From the NCBI RefSeq assembly GCF_001949145.1, contig NW_019091402.1, positions 186,001-248,000 on the forward strand: 62,000 nucleotides of DNA, in the 5' to 3' direction. A program made the position numbers and the translations under genes. Below the pieces are notes generated by a model that made no database searches, had not been told where the DNA came from, and saw nothing but the letters and a program-made list of their open reading frames with translations. This DNA comes from Acanthaster planci. Its lineage: Eukaryota. Shown here piece by piece: positions 21,301-58,300 of the stretch (positions are counted from its first letter, which is position 1; each line of letters opens with the position of its first letter).

Positions 21301-23060
21301 GCTGACTGCAGTTCCACTTTCTCCCTCATGCAGGTCATTTCAGAATTAGAATAAGCCACTCTGAGCATTTTTCTCTAGGGGGCAGAACACTGTCCCACAG
21401 CGCGAGCAAAGCTTTCAATCAATCACACAATCAGTGGAAGCTTTTACATGCAATGCCTCTCCACACCACAACAGGTTTGCTTTGTGTTAAAAATCCAATA
21501 AGCTCCAGAGAGAAGACTCACACCAATCAAAAGAACACCAGCAATCAAGTTCCAGCGTAATCCGCAATCTACTTACGATTTCAAATCTTGCCTGTACATG
21601 TCCTCTGCACTCTTTGGGATTAAAAACTCATTAACTCGTTGGACTGTGCCTGTCCGATCTTTATAGTACTGGCGGTGATCTTGGGCAAGCTAATACAGCA
21701 AAACAGGTGATTTTGAATTACTGAATGAAACTGCATTCTCTTCATATGTAACAAGTCATCTCCTTCATGGCATTCATGAAATGTACCAAGTTGGATAAAA
21801 TAAAGATAGACAGATATTCAACCAGGAATAAATTGCTGTTATTTAGTTCAACAATGATCCTGTATTTTTGGTTCATACAAATCAGGTTCAGCATCATTAA
21901 TCAGAAAAGTAACAGGGTCTTTACCTTGTCAAATTTGTCAATCTCTTCTTTGCGGTCATAGTTGACATTGGTCAGTTCATATTTAGGCGCCGTCCGCCAC
22001 TGTTCCCTTGTCCGATCCCTCGCATGGATGACCAGGTCAGGGTTGTGAGTGTAGACTGTTGGGAACTGACCACCTCTGGCGTAATTACTTTTGCTCTGGT
22101 TCAGTGTTTCAGAGCGGTAGTCTTGAAAGTACTTGGCAGTGGCATTACCATAGGTTTCGCCGTAGTCAAACTTCGTGGTAGGACAATGGCCTTTGTACCT
22201 GTGGCAAAAGTCAGAAATATAAGGTATCAAAACAAAATTGTGCAAGCATAATGTGCAAAATGAAGAAGTCCTATCATGACTATTATTCGCATTAAATTAT
22301 TTCTGATAACACCACCGAGAATTCCTCAGAGTGCCGTGGGCACTGCAGCTTGCATGCCTGATGAATCCTGTAGATTGAGAGCATGACGAGAAGTTATAGG
22401 TGAGAGTAAAACCCTAGAGGAATATTCTGGGTAAAACCAAGTGACTAAAATCCCAATCCATATCCCATATTTGGACTGAACCAGGAATGGAACCCAGACC
22501 GTAGAGGTAGAGGGGCCAGGAAAGAACTACGCACAACCTGACTTCCAAAGTTGAGTGCTAACTCTACAATATTTATTACTGCTACCTCACAAGCAAATCC
22601 GGCCTAGAACTAATTCAAACGCTAAACTAGGCCAATCATTTCAACATGTTTAACCCTAACAGTCCAAAATCCTACACTCTATAACAAGTTTAACAGCATG
22701 CAGAAGTGGACAAATTGTTCAAATTCTGTTTTCGGTTGTTTTCAAACTGGGCCTGTAAGTAACCACAGCCTAGCGGACAATGGCGGAGCCAAAAATGTAT
22801 TGTTTCTTCACTGTTACAAAACTGTATCACAATTCCCAAGGGCTGCTAAACAGTCTTAACAAACCTGAAAAACAGTCACGAAATTTGCCTACTGACTTCA
22901 ATCTTTACGAAGCGCGCACAGCAATGACATGACTGTTCAGTCTGTAGTGCTGGTCAGCAGTGGAACTGACAGTGTTGATTAGCACTCACCCTGGCATCAT
23001 TCGGGGCGGAATATAAGTCGCCTGGTGCGTTGTTTGAAGAGTTCCTGCACTTCTCGACAT
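18383..23060 (-). CDS. CIMIP2C: Ciliary microtubule inner protein 2C (FAM166C/C2orf70 homolog), ~203 aa; exons 23060-22990, 22198-21925, 21689-21577, 18536-18383
   Basis: Spliced protein MSRSAGTLQTTHQATYIPPRMMPGYKGHCPT..FDYGETYG..KYFQDYR..GGQFPTVY..QDHRQYYKDRTGTV..RDVVFESR* matches human C2orf70/FAM166C as I recall it (MASRSAGTL..PPGLMPGYQGHVP..KYFQDHR..RDCYFEFRA). Phases 2,0,2 are consistent. Confidence 0.9.
19478..19718. mobile_element. Foldback/MITE-like element with long imperfect inverted arms, in CIMIP2C intron 3
   Basis: The left arm tatataaaaaaaatctggactggcaatgt...gcggccattttaccaagccgactacaaa pairs with the right arm tttgtattcggctcagtaaaatggccgc...acattgcaagtccaggtttttttttatata. Confidence 0.7.
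20369..20940. mobile_element. Non-autonomous DNA transposon, Kolobok-like (TTAA flanks, AGG...CCT termini)
   Basis: TTAA-AGGAACCAGGAAAT ... ATTTCCTGGTTCCT-TTAA: a perfect 14-bp TIR inside TTAA, with no transposase ORF. Confidence 0.75.
20989..21068. repeat. 40-bp A-rich tandem duplication
   Basis: aaaacaaaatcaaaacaaaaa(a/g)aattaaagtaaaacac occurs twice in tandem. Confidence 0.8.
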
Positions 23061-23506
23061 TTTAAATACGACTTAATTGTACTATTATCTCACAAAACCT
23101 GTTTTCATAAGTAAAACTATCAGACTCGAAACATACACTTTCACAAGTCTGTCTTCTTTCGAATGAACACGGAAGTGTTTATCGGTGCACATGGTACTGT
23201 TTTGACCGCGTCACTAGACAACAAGAAAATTATATTATTCCGCACTTAACATTTACAATCTTTACATTTTCTAAAAATGATTATTAAAATATTTGTCACA
23301 AAATGTGGACTCCAATTATTTATAAAAATGACCTTTTCAGTGGTTAGAATTTTCTAGTTTTGGTAGCTTAGAATTACTTTGAAAGCGCAGATTTATGGTG
23401 TAATGCGGCCTAGCAACGACCAGTTGCTAATGAAACCATTCACCTAACGACGTTGAGGGCGCTATTAACATATGTCTGATCGATTGATCGTCTGCGCTGA
23501 GTTAAC
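23061..23506. promoter_or_regulatory. Candidate bidirectional promoter of CIMIP2C and RSPH10B with RFX X-box-like sites
   Basis: 446 bp between divergent ATGs. X-box-like GTCACTAGACAAC (23210-23222), GCGGCCTAGCAAC (23405-23417) and GTTGCTAATGAAAC (23423-23436). ETS-like CGGAAGT at 23170-23176 overlaps a forkhead-like TGTTTAT. Confidence 0.7.
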
Positions 23507-32949
<9,443 letters not shown>

Positions 32950-33441
32950 ATGGTCAAGACGTGATTTTTGTAGATCCAAGGCTTATGATTACAGACTGTG
33001 TTGTGAACATTGGAAAACTTAAGAATGTTCCTGACCTTTTTGAAAAGTCCTGGTGAAGAGCAAGACGGAGGTCATCAAACTGCCATTTTTGATTTTAGAC
33101 AAGTGAAGCACCTGTTTTAAAATTGTAAATAAAAAATGAAGGGTTTTCAGCTTCATCAAAAATATTATTTTAAGAGGTCCGTTGTATTCTCATAGCTAAC
33201 TGAGCCTCTGTCTTGTCTGCTCATCTACAGTCCAATCTCCTTATATATTCCTGTACCTTGTACATATTATAGAAATCCTTACAATTGTTTGTTTGGCACT
33301 TTACAACACATTTAACTATTTCTAATGAGCGGCTATTTCAATGCAAGGGCAAAACCTAAGGCCCAATATCATGGGGCTGCGCGTGGTAATGTGGTAGAGT
33401 TGCCAAATTTGTTCACAAAATGCTCCAGGTTGCACCCGACT

Positions 33442-33500
33442 TTAACCTTGACAGTCCTCAGTCCTCCAACAGGTGAAGGATTGAGGACTGTTAGGGTTAA
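33442..33500 (-). mobile_element. 59-bp TTAA-flanked hairpin element, copy B (inverted relative to copy A)
   Basis: TTAACCTTGACAGTCCTCAGTCCTCCAACAGGTGAAGGATTGAGGACTGTTAGGGTTAA aligns without gaps to the reverse complement of copy A. Confidence 0.65.
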
Positions 33501-35639
33501 AGGTTCATCATCTTGCAGAAATACAAATGTTACCTATAGCAGTGTGTTTATTATTCTGTCATAAAGTCAAGTGTACAAAACAATTTATATCTTAACTTAG
33601 GAAACATTCCTAACATCCATTCCGTCCAAATTAGACCATTTCAAAGGTGCTCGCGATTTATTTTTTACACTTTTCACATTCAGCACAAGCACTAGTTGGC
33701 GAAGAATATATTAGAGTTTATGTTTAACAATCCACCATCCAGCATCTACATTTTTGGGGGGAAAAACTGACTTCCTTATTTTTGAACATGTACACATTTT
33801 CTGACTAATCAAATTTGTGACAGAGCACAGCAGATCTTTTGTAAAGAATCTTTTTACTGACTGTTGTACAGAAAATTTCAACACGACAGAATTTCCAAGA
33901 TAAATCTTTCCTGAAACAGAAAATTATTTTTTCTGCGAATGTTTTGATTTTGATTTCATTTTGTCAGACAATTGATTTCAAACCCTCCCAGTCACAGGAT
34001 AAACCACTTTTGGATGCAGTTCCCGGAAAACACATTTAATCTTTTGAATACAGAGGAAAAAAAATGGATGTAAACTACTGTCCTTACCTCAGCAAAACAG
34101 GCAAAAATAATTAAACAAGACAGACTCCTGTTTTATCAGTTCTCTTTCCTCATTCGCTGATAATTTATTCTTATAAAAGGTTAAACTCTTCTACAACCAG
34201 CCAGTAGTGAAATGGCCTCAGTAATCAGTGGGTCCATTCTGGCTTCAAAGACGAGAAAAAAAATTAAATAGCTTAAAACTGTACAACCATTTGTTTGAAA
34301 AAAAAAAAATCAAGACAAGAAGGTGTTGCCAACAAAATGAATGCAGGTGGTAATTGGACACAGAAACTGATCAGATTTAGGAACTGTCCTTGAGTTTTTG
34401 CTACAAGAATTCACCATTTATGCATGAAATGAGATTACTGTTTTGTCATAATTGATCAGCACACCCGTTGGAAGTTTGAATTTCTGTGAACAAGCCAGCA
34501 CAAGTAACAATTTTGTTTGTTGCGTGGACATAATGCCATATTTAAGAGATTCTTTCATGAACCAAAACCCTCGTTCAACTTTTGTTGGGGAAAATTCAGT
34601 TGACTTGAGTCCAGTGTTATTAAACCGAATTGGATTTAAGTGACACCAAAGTCTTTAGTGGTTCGTTATTAAAAACAAAATTAAAATTACGCAAGCGAAA
34701 TGCTGTTGACATTTCTTACATTTGTCACAGCGGAAGTCATCAAAACTCTTGTCATCAAAAAACTTTCAGCACTTCAAAAACCATCCCAATTTGTAGTGTG
34801 ACTGGCTTGAATCGGGCAATACACCTGCACTCATTTTGAGGCAAAATCCTGTTTTTCTCCCACCCCCAAAAAACACTCATTCTGAGTATGAGTATTAACT
34901 CAAGTCCTTCAAAAACGTTTAACATGAGTGCACCCCATTACTCACAGAAATTTAAATAAAACCCTTTTCAGTGAGTTTCATATCTATGTCGTGCCCGAGC
35001 ACACATACTATATAAAGATACAAGTTTGGAGATTTCACCTATCTCCATTTTATTTTTACAATATCACAATTTTTCACACAATCCAGACAAAGATTCAATG
35101 TAAAATCCCTCTGATGATAAAGAATATATATAAACACAATCCACAACTGGGTTTTAGTTATTTTTCTTAAACAAAGCCTTTACCAAAAAACAAAGAATGA
35201 TCAAACAATTCACTGCACAAAATGAACAAATACACCAAGTCTGACTACAGCAAACTCAATTTGCCCAACGGTACCAAACACTAAAACGGAATGGCAGAAA
35301 TAATTGTTTCTGTACAACTACACAACATAATTGGCAAGAACAGAAGATGAAGTCTTCATTAACAACTGTCAGTACTATTTTATACAGTCTTCCGCAAAAG
35401 CCTAGGGTCAAAGGTCACGCAGACTACACCAAACCGAGGTTTACACACTAAACAAGGACGCTGTAGCAACTGAATCAGACAGAGCCTGGCTGAAGTAATT
35501 AGTTCTTTTTTTTTCTCAAGGGAAAGAAAAAACATCTCAAATATGACCTGAGGGTCTGCATGTTAGATTCTTAAGGTACTTCCAAGATTTTTTTGCATAA
35601 AAATACTTGTGCCTTGATTAATCACACAGTTCACAGTTT

Positions 35640-35824
35640 NNNNNNNNNNNNNNNNNNNNNNNNNNNNNNNNNNNNNNNNNNNNNNNNNNNNNNNNNNNNN
35701 NNNNNNNNNNNNNNNNNNNNNNNNNNNNNNNNNNNNNNNNNNNNNNNNNNNNNNNNNNNNNNNNNNNNNNNNNNNNNNNNNNNNNNNNNNNNNNNNNNNN
35801 NNNNNNNNNNNNNNNNNNNNNNNN
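35640..35824. other. Assembly gap (N run)
   Basis: Run of Ns. Confidence 0.99.
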
Positions 35825-38800
35825 AACTCTCCTGACTGAAAAGATAAAAGCTTTGGTTGACCCAAAAGGTAAAAGGTTAAACACCAGATCCTCCTGTAAC
35901 TGGCTTAACTAACCCAGATGTTTATCAATCCAGTTTGCCTTTGAAGATAACTGAACAGAACCTTGGTTGACCAAACAGCCCACACGCTAAACTGCAGATG
36001 GTCCTGTAACTAGCTTGGCTAATCCAGATAATGTCCACTCCAGTCTGTAAGGAAAGACATCCCAAACCCTGGACTTGTTTTCTCAGCTCATGAGGCAAGC
36101 TGACGTTACTTAAAGAGACATAAAAACATGGGTGTCTGGAGGGTTTGGTGCATTCTGACCAAAGATGGGCTGGGTGGACAGAATGTGAAGATGGTCGGGG
36201 TGTGATACCAGTGAAAGCAGTGAAAGCTGTGCTGGCAGCAACTACCATGATCCCTACTGATTACAAACTGCAAATAATGCCTGTGTCTATTGATGATGAT
36301 GACAATGGATTTGTTTCTCCTTGGATAGTCACATGGTGAAAAAAAAACTTACATAAAGCAAAAACCTGGAAATTTTTCCGACACAGAAAGTAAATAAAAT
36401 TGGACCGAATAAATAACAAAATTATTTTACATGCGCTAATAACATAAATACTCTCTAAAAATCAGCCATTTTGCTTCAATACAACTTTCCAAACAGTTTC
36501 AGAGAACTAATGATCCGAATTCCCTCACCAGGAACCAGAGACTTTGCTTGGGTTGAACTACCTGCTGAGGGTAACACTAGATAATTTGCCAGCTATTCTG
36601 CCGTTTGCAGCAATACAGCACTATCCAATATCCAGACCACAGCACTGCAGAGCAGCAGAGCTATGTCATTACAAAGTGACACTTTCCGCAAATTTCTGGA
36701 TTTCTGAATGACTGATGTCGTTCCTCTCACGTTTCTACAAACTCCTTAAAGTATACCATTTCAAGGAACGTCGCAGTTACACATTCATTCAAGTTGTCAT
36801 TTTCAATCATTCAAACTTTAAAACAAGAAGTCGAGGAGATTATGGTGTTCCTTACAATAAATGAGTCATACTAGAATTAAAAAAAATATAGAGAATAAGA
36901 TACCTTGTGGATTTAATGAACTTGGTAAAGGTTGGATATATTTTACATCGTAGAAATTAGAGTGCCTGACATTGCAATTAGTGATGGATTAAAACTGGTT
37001 CATTATTTCACCATGAGAAGAATTGGTAGTTGATATATGCCAATCACAGTGATTCTTTTATGGTCCTCATTTACATATGAACAGCAACAACCAATCAGAA
37101 CAGTTCCTTTGTGAGGTAGTAAATGACATTTACCAATCAATTCAATTGAGGACCAGCCTCTCTTTTTTGTTCTCGGACCAATGTAGAAATAAAATACCAC
37201 TGAAAACAAAACTATCTGCCAAAAGTGGCCAGAATGAACTAGTCTATAATAAATGCAGAAAATATGTAACAGGGGAAAAAAAACACTGTTAGACAATAAA
37301 TACCGAACCTGTCCCCAAAATATTCATTTTCATTTATATACCTCACAGGACTAATTAAAGTTTCCAATCTTGTCAATACTCTGGCTTGACCATTTTGCAA
37401 ATGTCTTAGGAAAAGAGACAAAAATTTGAGTCTTTATTTCTTATTCACAAGTCTGAATTAGTTTATCATACTTCAGGACATTATTTGTTCATACATTCCT
37501 CTCTCCTGTATAAATTTAAAAGACTACGGTTTTCAGGGAGACTTTTATTTAACATCTGGGCTAGGTAAAAACTGAAAATTCTTTCAAATAAAGAGTATGG
37601 TACAGATTTGCACCCCCTCAAAAAACAATGTATAAACTGCATGCAAGAGTGCATTTATGTACAACGTGGAGAGGTTGAAAATCATGCACAAATCAAAATA
37701 AATATGAAATCGCAGTTACGTAATAATCCTTAAAAAAAAGAAAAGTTGCTATCCAGATGAAATACAGCACCGAAATTGTTCCAACGTAGGTTATTGCCAA
37801 CATGACTGGGGTGCTTATGACAGTGATAAAAAAAGGATTCCATGGTGTGTTTTCTAAATTAGTATAGGGCTTTACATTCAAACATGTACGCATATGACAT
37901 AAGAAAACGAAAAGCAACTGTCTTTGGTGTTTGCTTATTAACATTTAAAGAACATAAATATTCGATGTCCAATCCTTGATGAATTCTAGCTTAATACTTG
38001 GCAAACTCTTTATATCTGTGACCCACTCCAAGAAAAGGTGATTAAAAGATGCACTGTGCTTTTCTCTGCAATGCTCCGCCTAGAGTTGAGAGGGTGAACT
38101 TCAAGTTTTATTTCTGTTTTTTTTTGGGTCAGAAATCTTTGATCACTGAAATATCAGGTTTTAAGCTTGAACAAAACATGTTGGTTGCTAGGAAACATTA
38201 AGGGGAGGTTGTCCTCCAAGCATAAGTCTGTATTAGACTCAACTTTTTCAAACCTGTGGTCTCAATGGTGACGAAACTTAATTTGAAAATATCTCATATC
38301 TCTGAAACAGAATGAGATATTGAGCTCTGCCGTATACTCAATGAAAGTTTACACCGTGGGTTTCTGGCCATCCATGTCACTTTCTCCTTCCATTTTTTTT
38401 GGCACAGCAAGTCCAATTTATTCATAGTGAGCAGATGCTGGGAGTGATGATGTGGAAGGGAGCGATAACAAGTACTAAACTTTGTGAAATTGCCCAGACC
38501 TCAGATTGGATTGATATGCTTACAAACCAGCCAGAGTGTAGTGTATAAGTCTTGTCGTTTACTGAGGAAAGTACCGTTTAATGGGATCAAGTTTGGAGCA
38601 AGTTTCCACGTCACTTTTGGAGATGTGACGCTGATGTGTGGAGGTAAAGCACAGATGAGTTGGAAACACCCAGAGAAGCCAATAGCAAATTGGAGGTCTC
38701 AGGTTCGAAGGCTGTCCGAGGTGCCTCAGTTCCTGTTCCAATATGCTAGTCATGCAGGAGATACAAGGTGGACAAATGAAGCTAAGGAAAGGGACCAAGA

Positions 38801-39700
38801 TTCCATTCCTGGTGAAGAGTTGGCTCACAGACGCTCAGGATGACCAATAAATCAGCTCATAAAACTGTTGACTGTCAATTTCTGCAGAGATTCAGTGAGA
38901 GATAAACGCAGCTTTTTTTCTTTTTAATTTTTTAAAAAAGATGTACAGTCCACTGTTTTCAAACTCTGGCCCTTGCTGAGTGACACTGGTGTTGTGGCAA
39001 AGATGGTGGTTGCAGTGACTTGTAGCATTTGGGGCTCAAATCCAATCGTGGCACTGATTCCCAAAGGTTGGTGACTGATACTGGGACGTTTGGGTTTTTT
39101 TCCTGAAACCGTTGATCTTGGCAATATTGACTGTAGGTAGCATGTAGGATCGATGACTACTGGCATTGGTTGGCAACTTATCAAGCTCTGCCCTTGGCGA
39201 AGAAGAGGTCATCTCACGAAATGAAGACAAGATCGATACAACAAAGAAAATTTCTTGAGCACATTTTTTTCAACACAGTGGACACACTCAAAAAGACGAA
39301 AACTCAAAACTCTGCGACTCATGGAGAAGTCGGTTGACATCAAATTCTGTACACCATATCTCACACCTAGAACGACTCAGGAACGACGAACTGTCCGCCA
39401 GTTCTAGAACCATGAGGGAGTTGCACTGGATGATACCAAGTGCCGCTGAGATCCCCAGCACTTTGAAATGCAGTACCGTTCCACAGGTTGTAACTCTTCT
39501 TTTTTCAATGAGTTTTAGAAGTGCGCTTTTTTAAGACAACGCACTGATACGTGGATACATCACACTGTTATTTTTCTTCTTAAATTTTGGAGTTACTGAG
39601 GTTCTTGTCAAGTGCCACAGTTATTGTTCTAGCACCATGTTCCGTTTTGAGATGGATGGCACGTGTAGTGGGTTTTAAAAAGTCTTCAGATGAAGTCTTC

Positions 39701-55364
<15,664 letters not shown>

Positions 55365-58300
55365 TTAACTTCATCCATGAATGATATGTCCAATCTCAAA
55401 ACTGGAGCAAAGTGACAGACTAAAATGAGAATATGAATTGCAATACTTGGCAATAAACAGCCTCACAGCTATTTGGCAGAGATATTAAAACTGTGCAGTC
55501 CATTGTAACAAAAAAGGACATCTAAAATCTGTACAAAAATGACAGGTTAGATTAAAAGGGGAACCTTGTTGGGGGACTGCGCAAAAATCTCGGAAGAAAA
55601 TGTTTTCCAATGAAAACCTACAAGTACATGTATTCTTTAGATTACAAATGAGTAAAACTAAGTAAGCTAGCTCTTGTCAGGAGAACAGTCAGTTGAGATT
55701 AGACGATAATGAAGAAGAATCCACAAAACACTGGGCACATATTTGTAACAATTAACACAGTTGAAAAAAAAAATATTTGTGGGCTTTAAAAGCCACCAAG
55801 AGATTAGTTCTGTCAAAGGTGGCTTCGATCAGGTGAATCATTAAGTATTTTAGTTGGAGTTGGTTTTTTGTATAAAGTACTAAAAAGTAACAAAGCCTGA
55901 ATGATTAAAACTCTGAAAATCTACCATTTTGGGTTCATTTTTATAGTTTAATCTGGCCAAAACAGTGAGAGATCATACTTAATAATATCATGGCCTGCAG
56001 TCCTGGATCAATTACTTTCACATTTCAGGAATCGCTTAAATGTTGATGATACAGTAGTGAAGAGGAGTAAACAAAACAAAACAAAACTTGAAATCAAGAG
56101 TACTGTGGCCAGTATCAACCTGTTCACCTCTCTGTTCGTACACCACTCAACAGAGGCATAAAAACTAAGTATGCATTTGGCTTCCCCAACATCAGGGGCA
56201 GTGCAATCTGCCCCAATGATCAGGATCAGTTTAAGTCTACAGACCCCAACCTCTTCCAGGGAGGATCTGAGAGTTGACATTTCATCACTCTGGGTCATTT
56301 GGTGCATTTTATAGTCCAGGGCCAATAAACCACAAAAAAGGCAGCAACCCAGGGCAGTGATGACAGTTTTACTCCCCACCAATTCCCAATGACATAATAT
56401 TGCGATGGTGGGGGGGGGGGTGATTGCACCAACCCTTGGTTTCTCACTAGTGGGGACCATACCCTGGCTGAGTGGGACCATAGTGCTAAGAAAGACCAAG
56501 ACCTATGCAGTCTGCATCCGTGAAAGCAACAGTAAAAGCAACAGTAAACATTTATGGTCATAAAATGACGCTGCCAACCCCATGATCAGCACTCGTGACA
56601 CTTCAGGCCTGTTGTAGGCACACCACCCTGGTACTAACACAGGTGAGTACTGTCGATCACACCTTGCTACCACCATGGAACATTTCCAATGTCGCCCATT
56701 AACCATGCCCTGCTACACCCTCCAAAACGCTTCAGCAATTTCAGAACTGTTGGACAGTTGTCGATGGATAAAAACAAAGGTTCTTATTTTGGGATAAAGA
56801 GTCACTCAGGTTTATCACTCTAACTTTCAGTTCAAGTCAGGTTCATTTACAAGAAATCACTACTCAAACAGGTAAAAGTATTCACATCCAAATTACTGGT
56901 TATTGAGAACAAACTCTCACCTCGACATCCCTTTAAGAGAATGTCAAAAACAATATGCAAAACCTGGAAACCAGAATTGAAAGTGGTTTCACATTGATCA
57001 CAGTATGCCAATTTATACACCACCATCAGTTTTTGTTCACAAACTCCACAAGACAACGGTAACACTTGTCTATCCACAAAGTAATTTTCTATGCAAGCAC
57101 ATGTACATGTACAAGAAGGCATTTTGGCCTCACAGAATGTCATGCATGTTAAACACACATGTACATCGAGCCAAATTTTCTGCTTGAAATTGCTTTGTGA
57201 AAAACAAGTCAATGCAATCAACATGAGCATTAACGAACAATGCCTGCAATGGAAACACTGAAACTTTCAAAAACAACACAGTTATCCTCAATCTTCGCCA
57301 CTGTCATTCTATTTTGTACATGACAGATTCCATCCACTCATATTTTTCAACTTTTCTTAAAAAAAACCCACTACAAACTTGTTTTGACGGGCTACATGCT
57401 GCCACGGCAGCATTTTTTGTACATTCCTATGCTGAGCTTCCTATCTAATAACTGGATTACACACTGCAGCCTGCTTTTAACACTTTGCCTAATCCGTTTA
57501 AGCTGCTGGGCCCTGCGACTCTGATTCAATTTCAAACCCTTGTCAGAAACGATGTGAAGTTGGCGCAGTAACAAGCAGACGGGTGTCTCTACGAATTTTT
57601 TCTTTCTCTCCTTCCTTCAGACTAACGATCTGGTTTTGATGTTTGCCAAAGGACGCAGAGAAAATTCAATGGGAAAACAAGACAGCTCTGTAATGGAAAC
57701 ACCATTACACAGGGCAGCATTGTATGTATAATAATGTAATTTACATGACAAAAAAGTCACACTCACAGAACAAAACAAGTATTGGGAATCGTTCTAGCCC
57801 AGAAAGTTTCTTGAAGCTGAGGTTGCCGACACCACTTCAGGGAGAGTCACAGTAAATGTGAAATTTCTATTCTCTGAATGCAAACTAAAGCGCAATAAAA
57901 GAGAACAGGTCAAAAGTCATCCGTCTGCACAATGCCTGTGAAATCACAAATTAAATTATTCTTCAAGTCCAAACAAACCTGATGGAACAAAATTTATGCA
58001 GAAGTAACTTAAAAACATTTTCACCATTAGGAATTGGAAAAAAAAGAAAAACAACTTTTTGTCAAAGCTAATGTAACCATGGAGGGAACACAGTTCTGGT
58101 ATCACTTGGAGGGTTGAGAAATATTTCCTTATAATAGGGGAGCTCAAAGTAACAAAGCCCTAACCACATCAACATTTGAGGAATTTGGGAGCCCTGGGGC
58201 CCCGCTTGTCACTTTGGACCTGTCAGGGGCAATACAGGGACCAGCCATGTGATTTTAATTTGGCAGGGCAGGGGCACAACTTGTTTGGGGAGGGCTGCAC

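Noticed and set aside
21222..21305. Possible 84-nt in-frame cassette exon in CIMIP2C (QRRENLTFKYNICTDLAPSDLVHQECN)
   Set aside because: The acceptor region is purine-rich and the donor weak. The 4-exon model already gives the expected protein length. Needs RNA evidence.
22325..22545. Possible decayed SINE in CIMIP2C intron 1, and a similar piece near 28225-28340
   Set aside because: Only a weak B-box-like match; boundaries cannot be supported without a repeat library.
56008..57230. ORFs of 163 and 127 aa on the EYA strand as missing EYA exons
   Set aside because: No EYA sequence. I did not find the upstream WDLDET catalytic exon in the window, so it probably lies beyond 62000.
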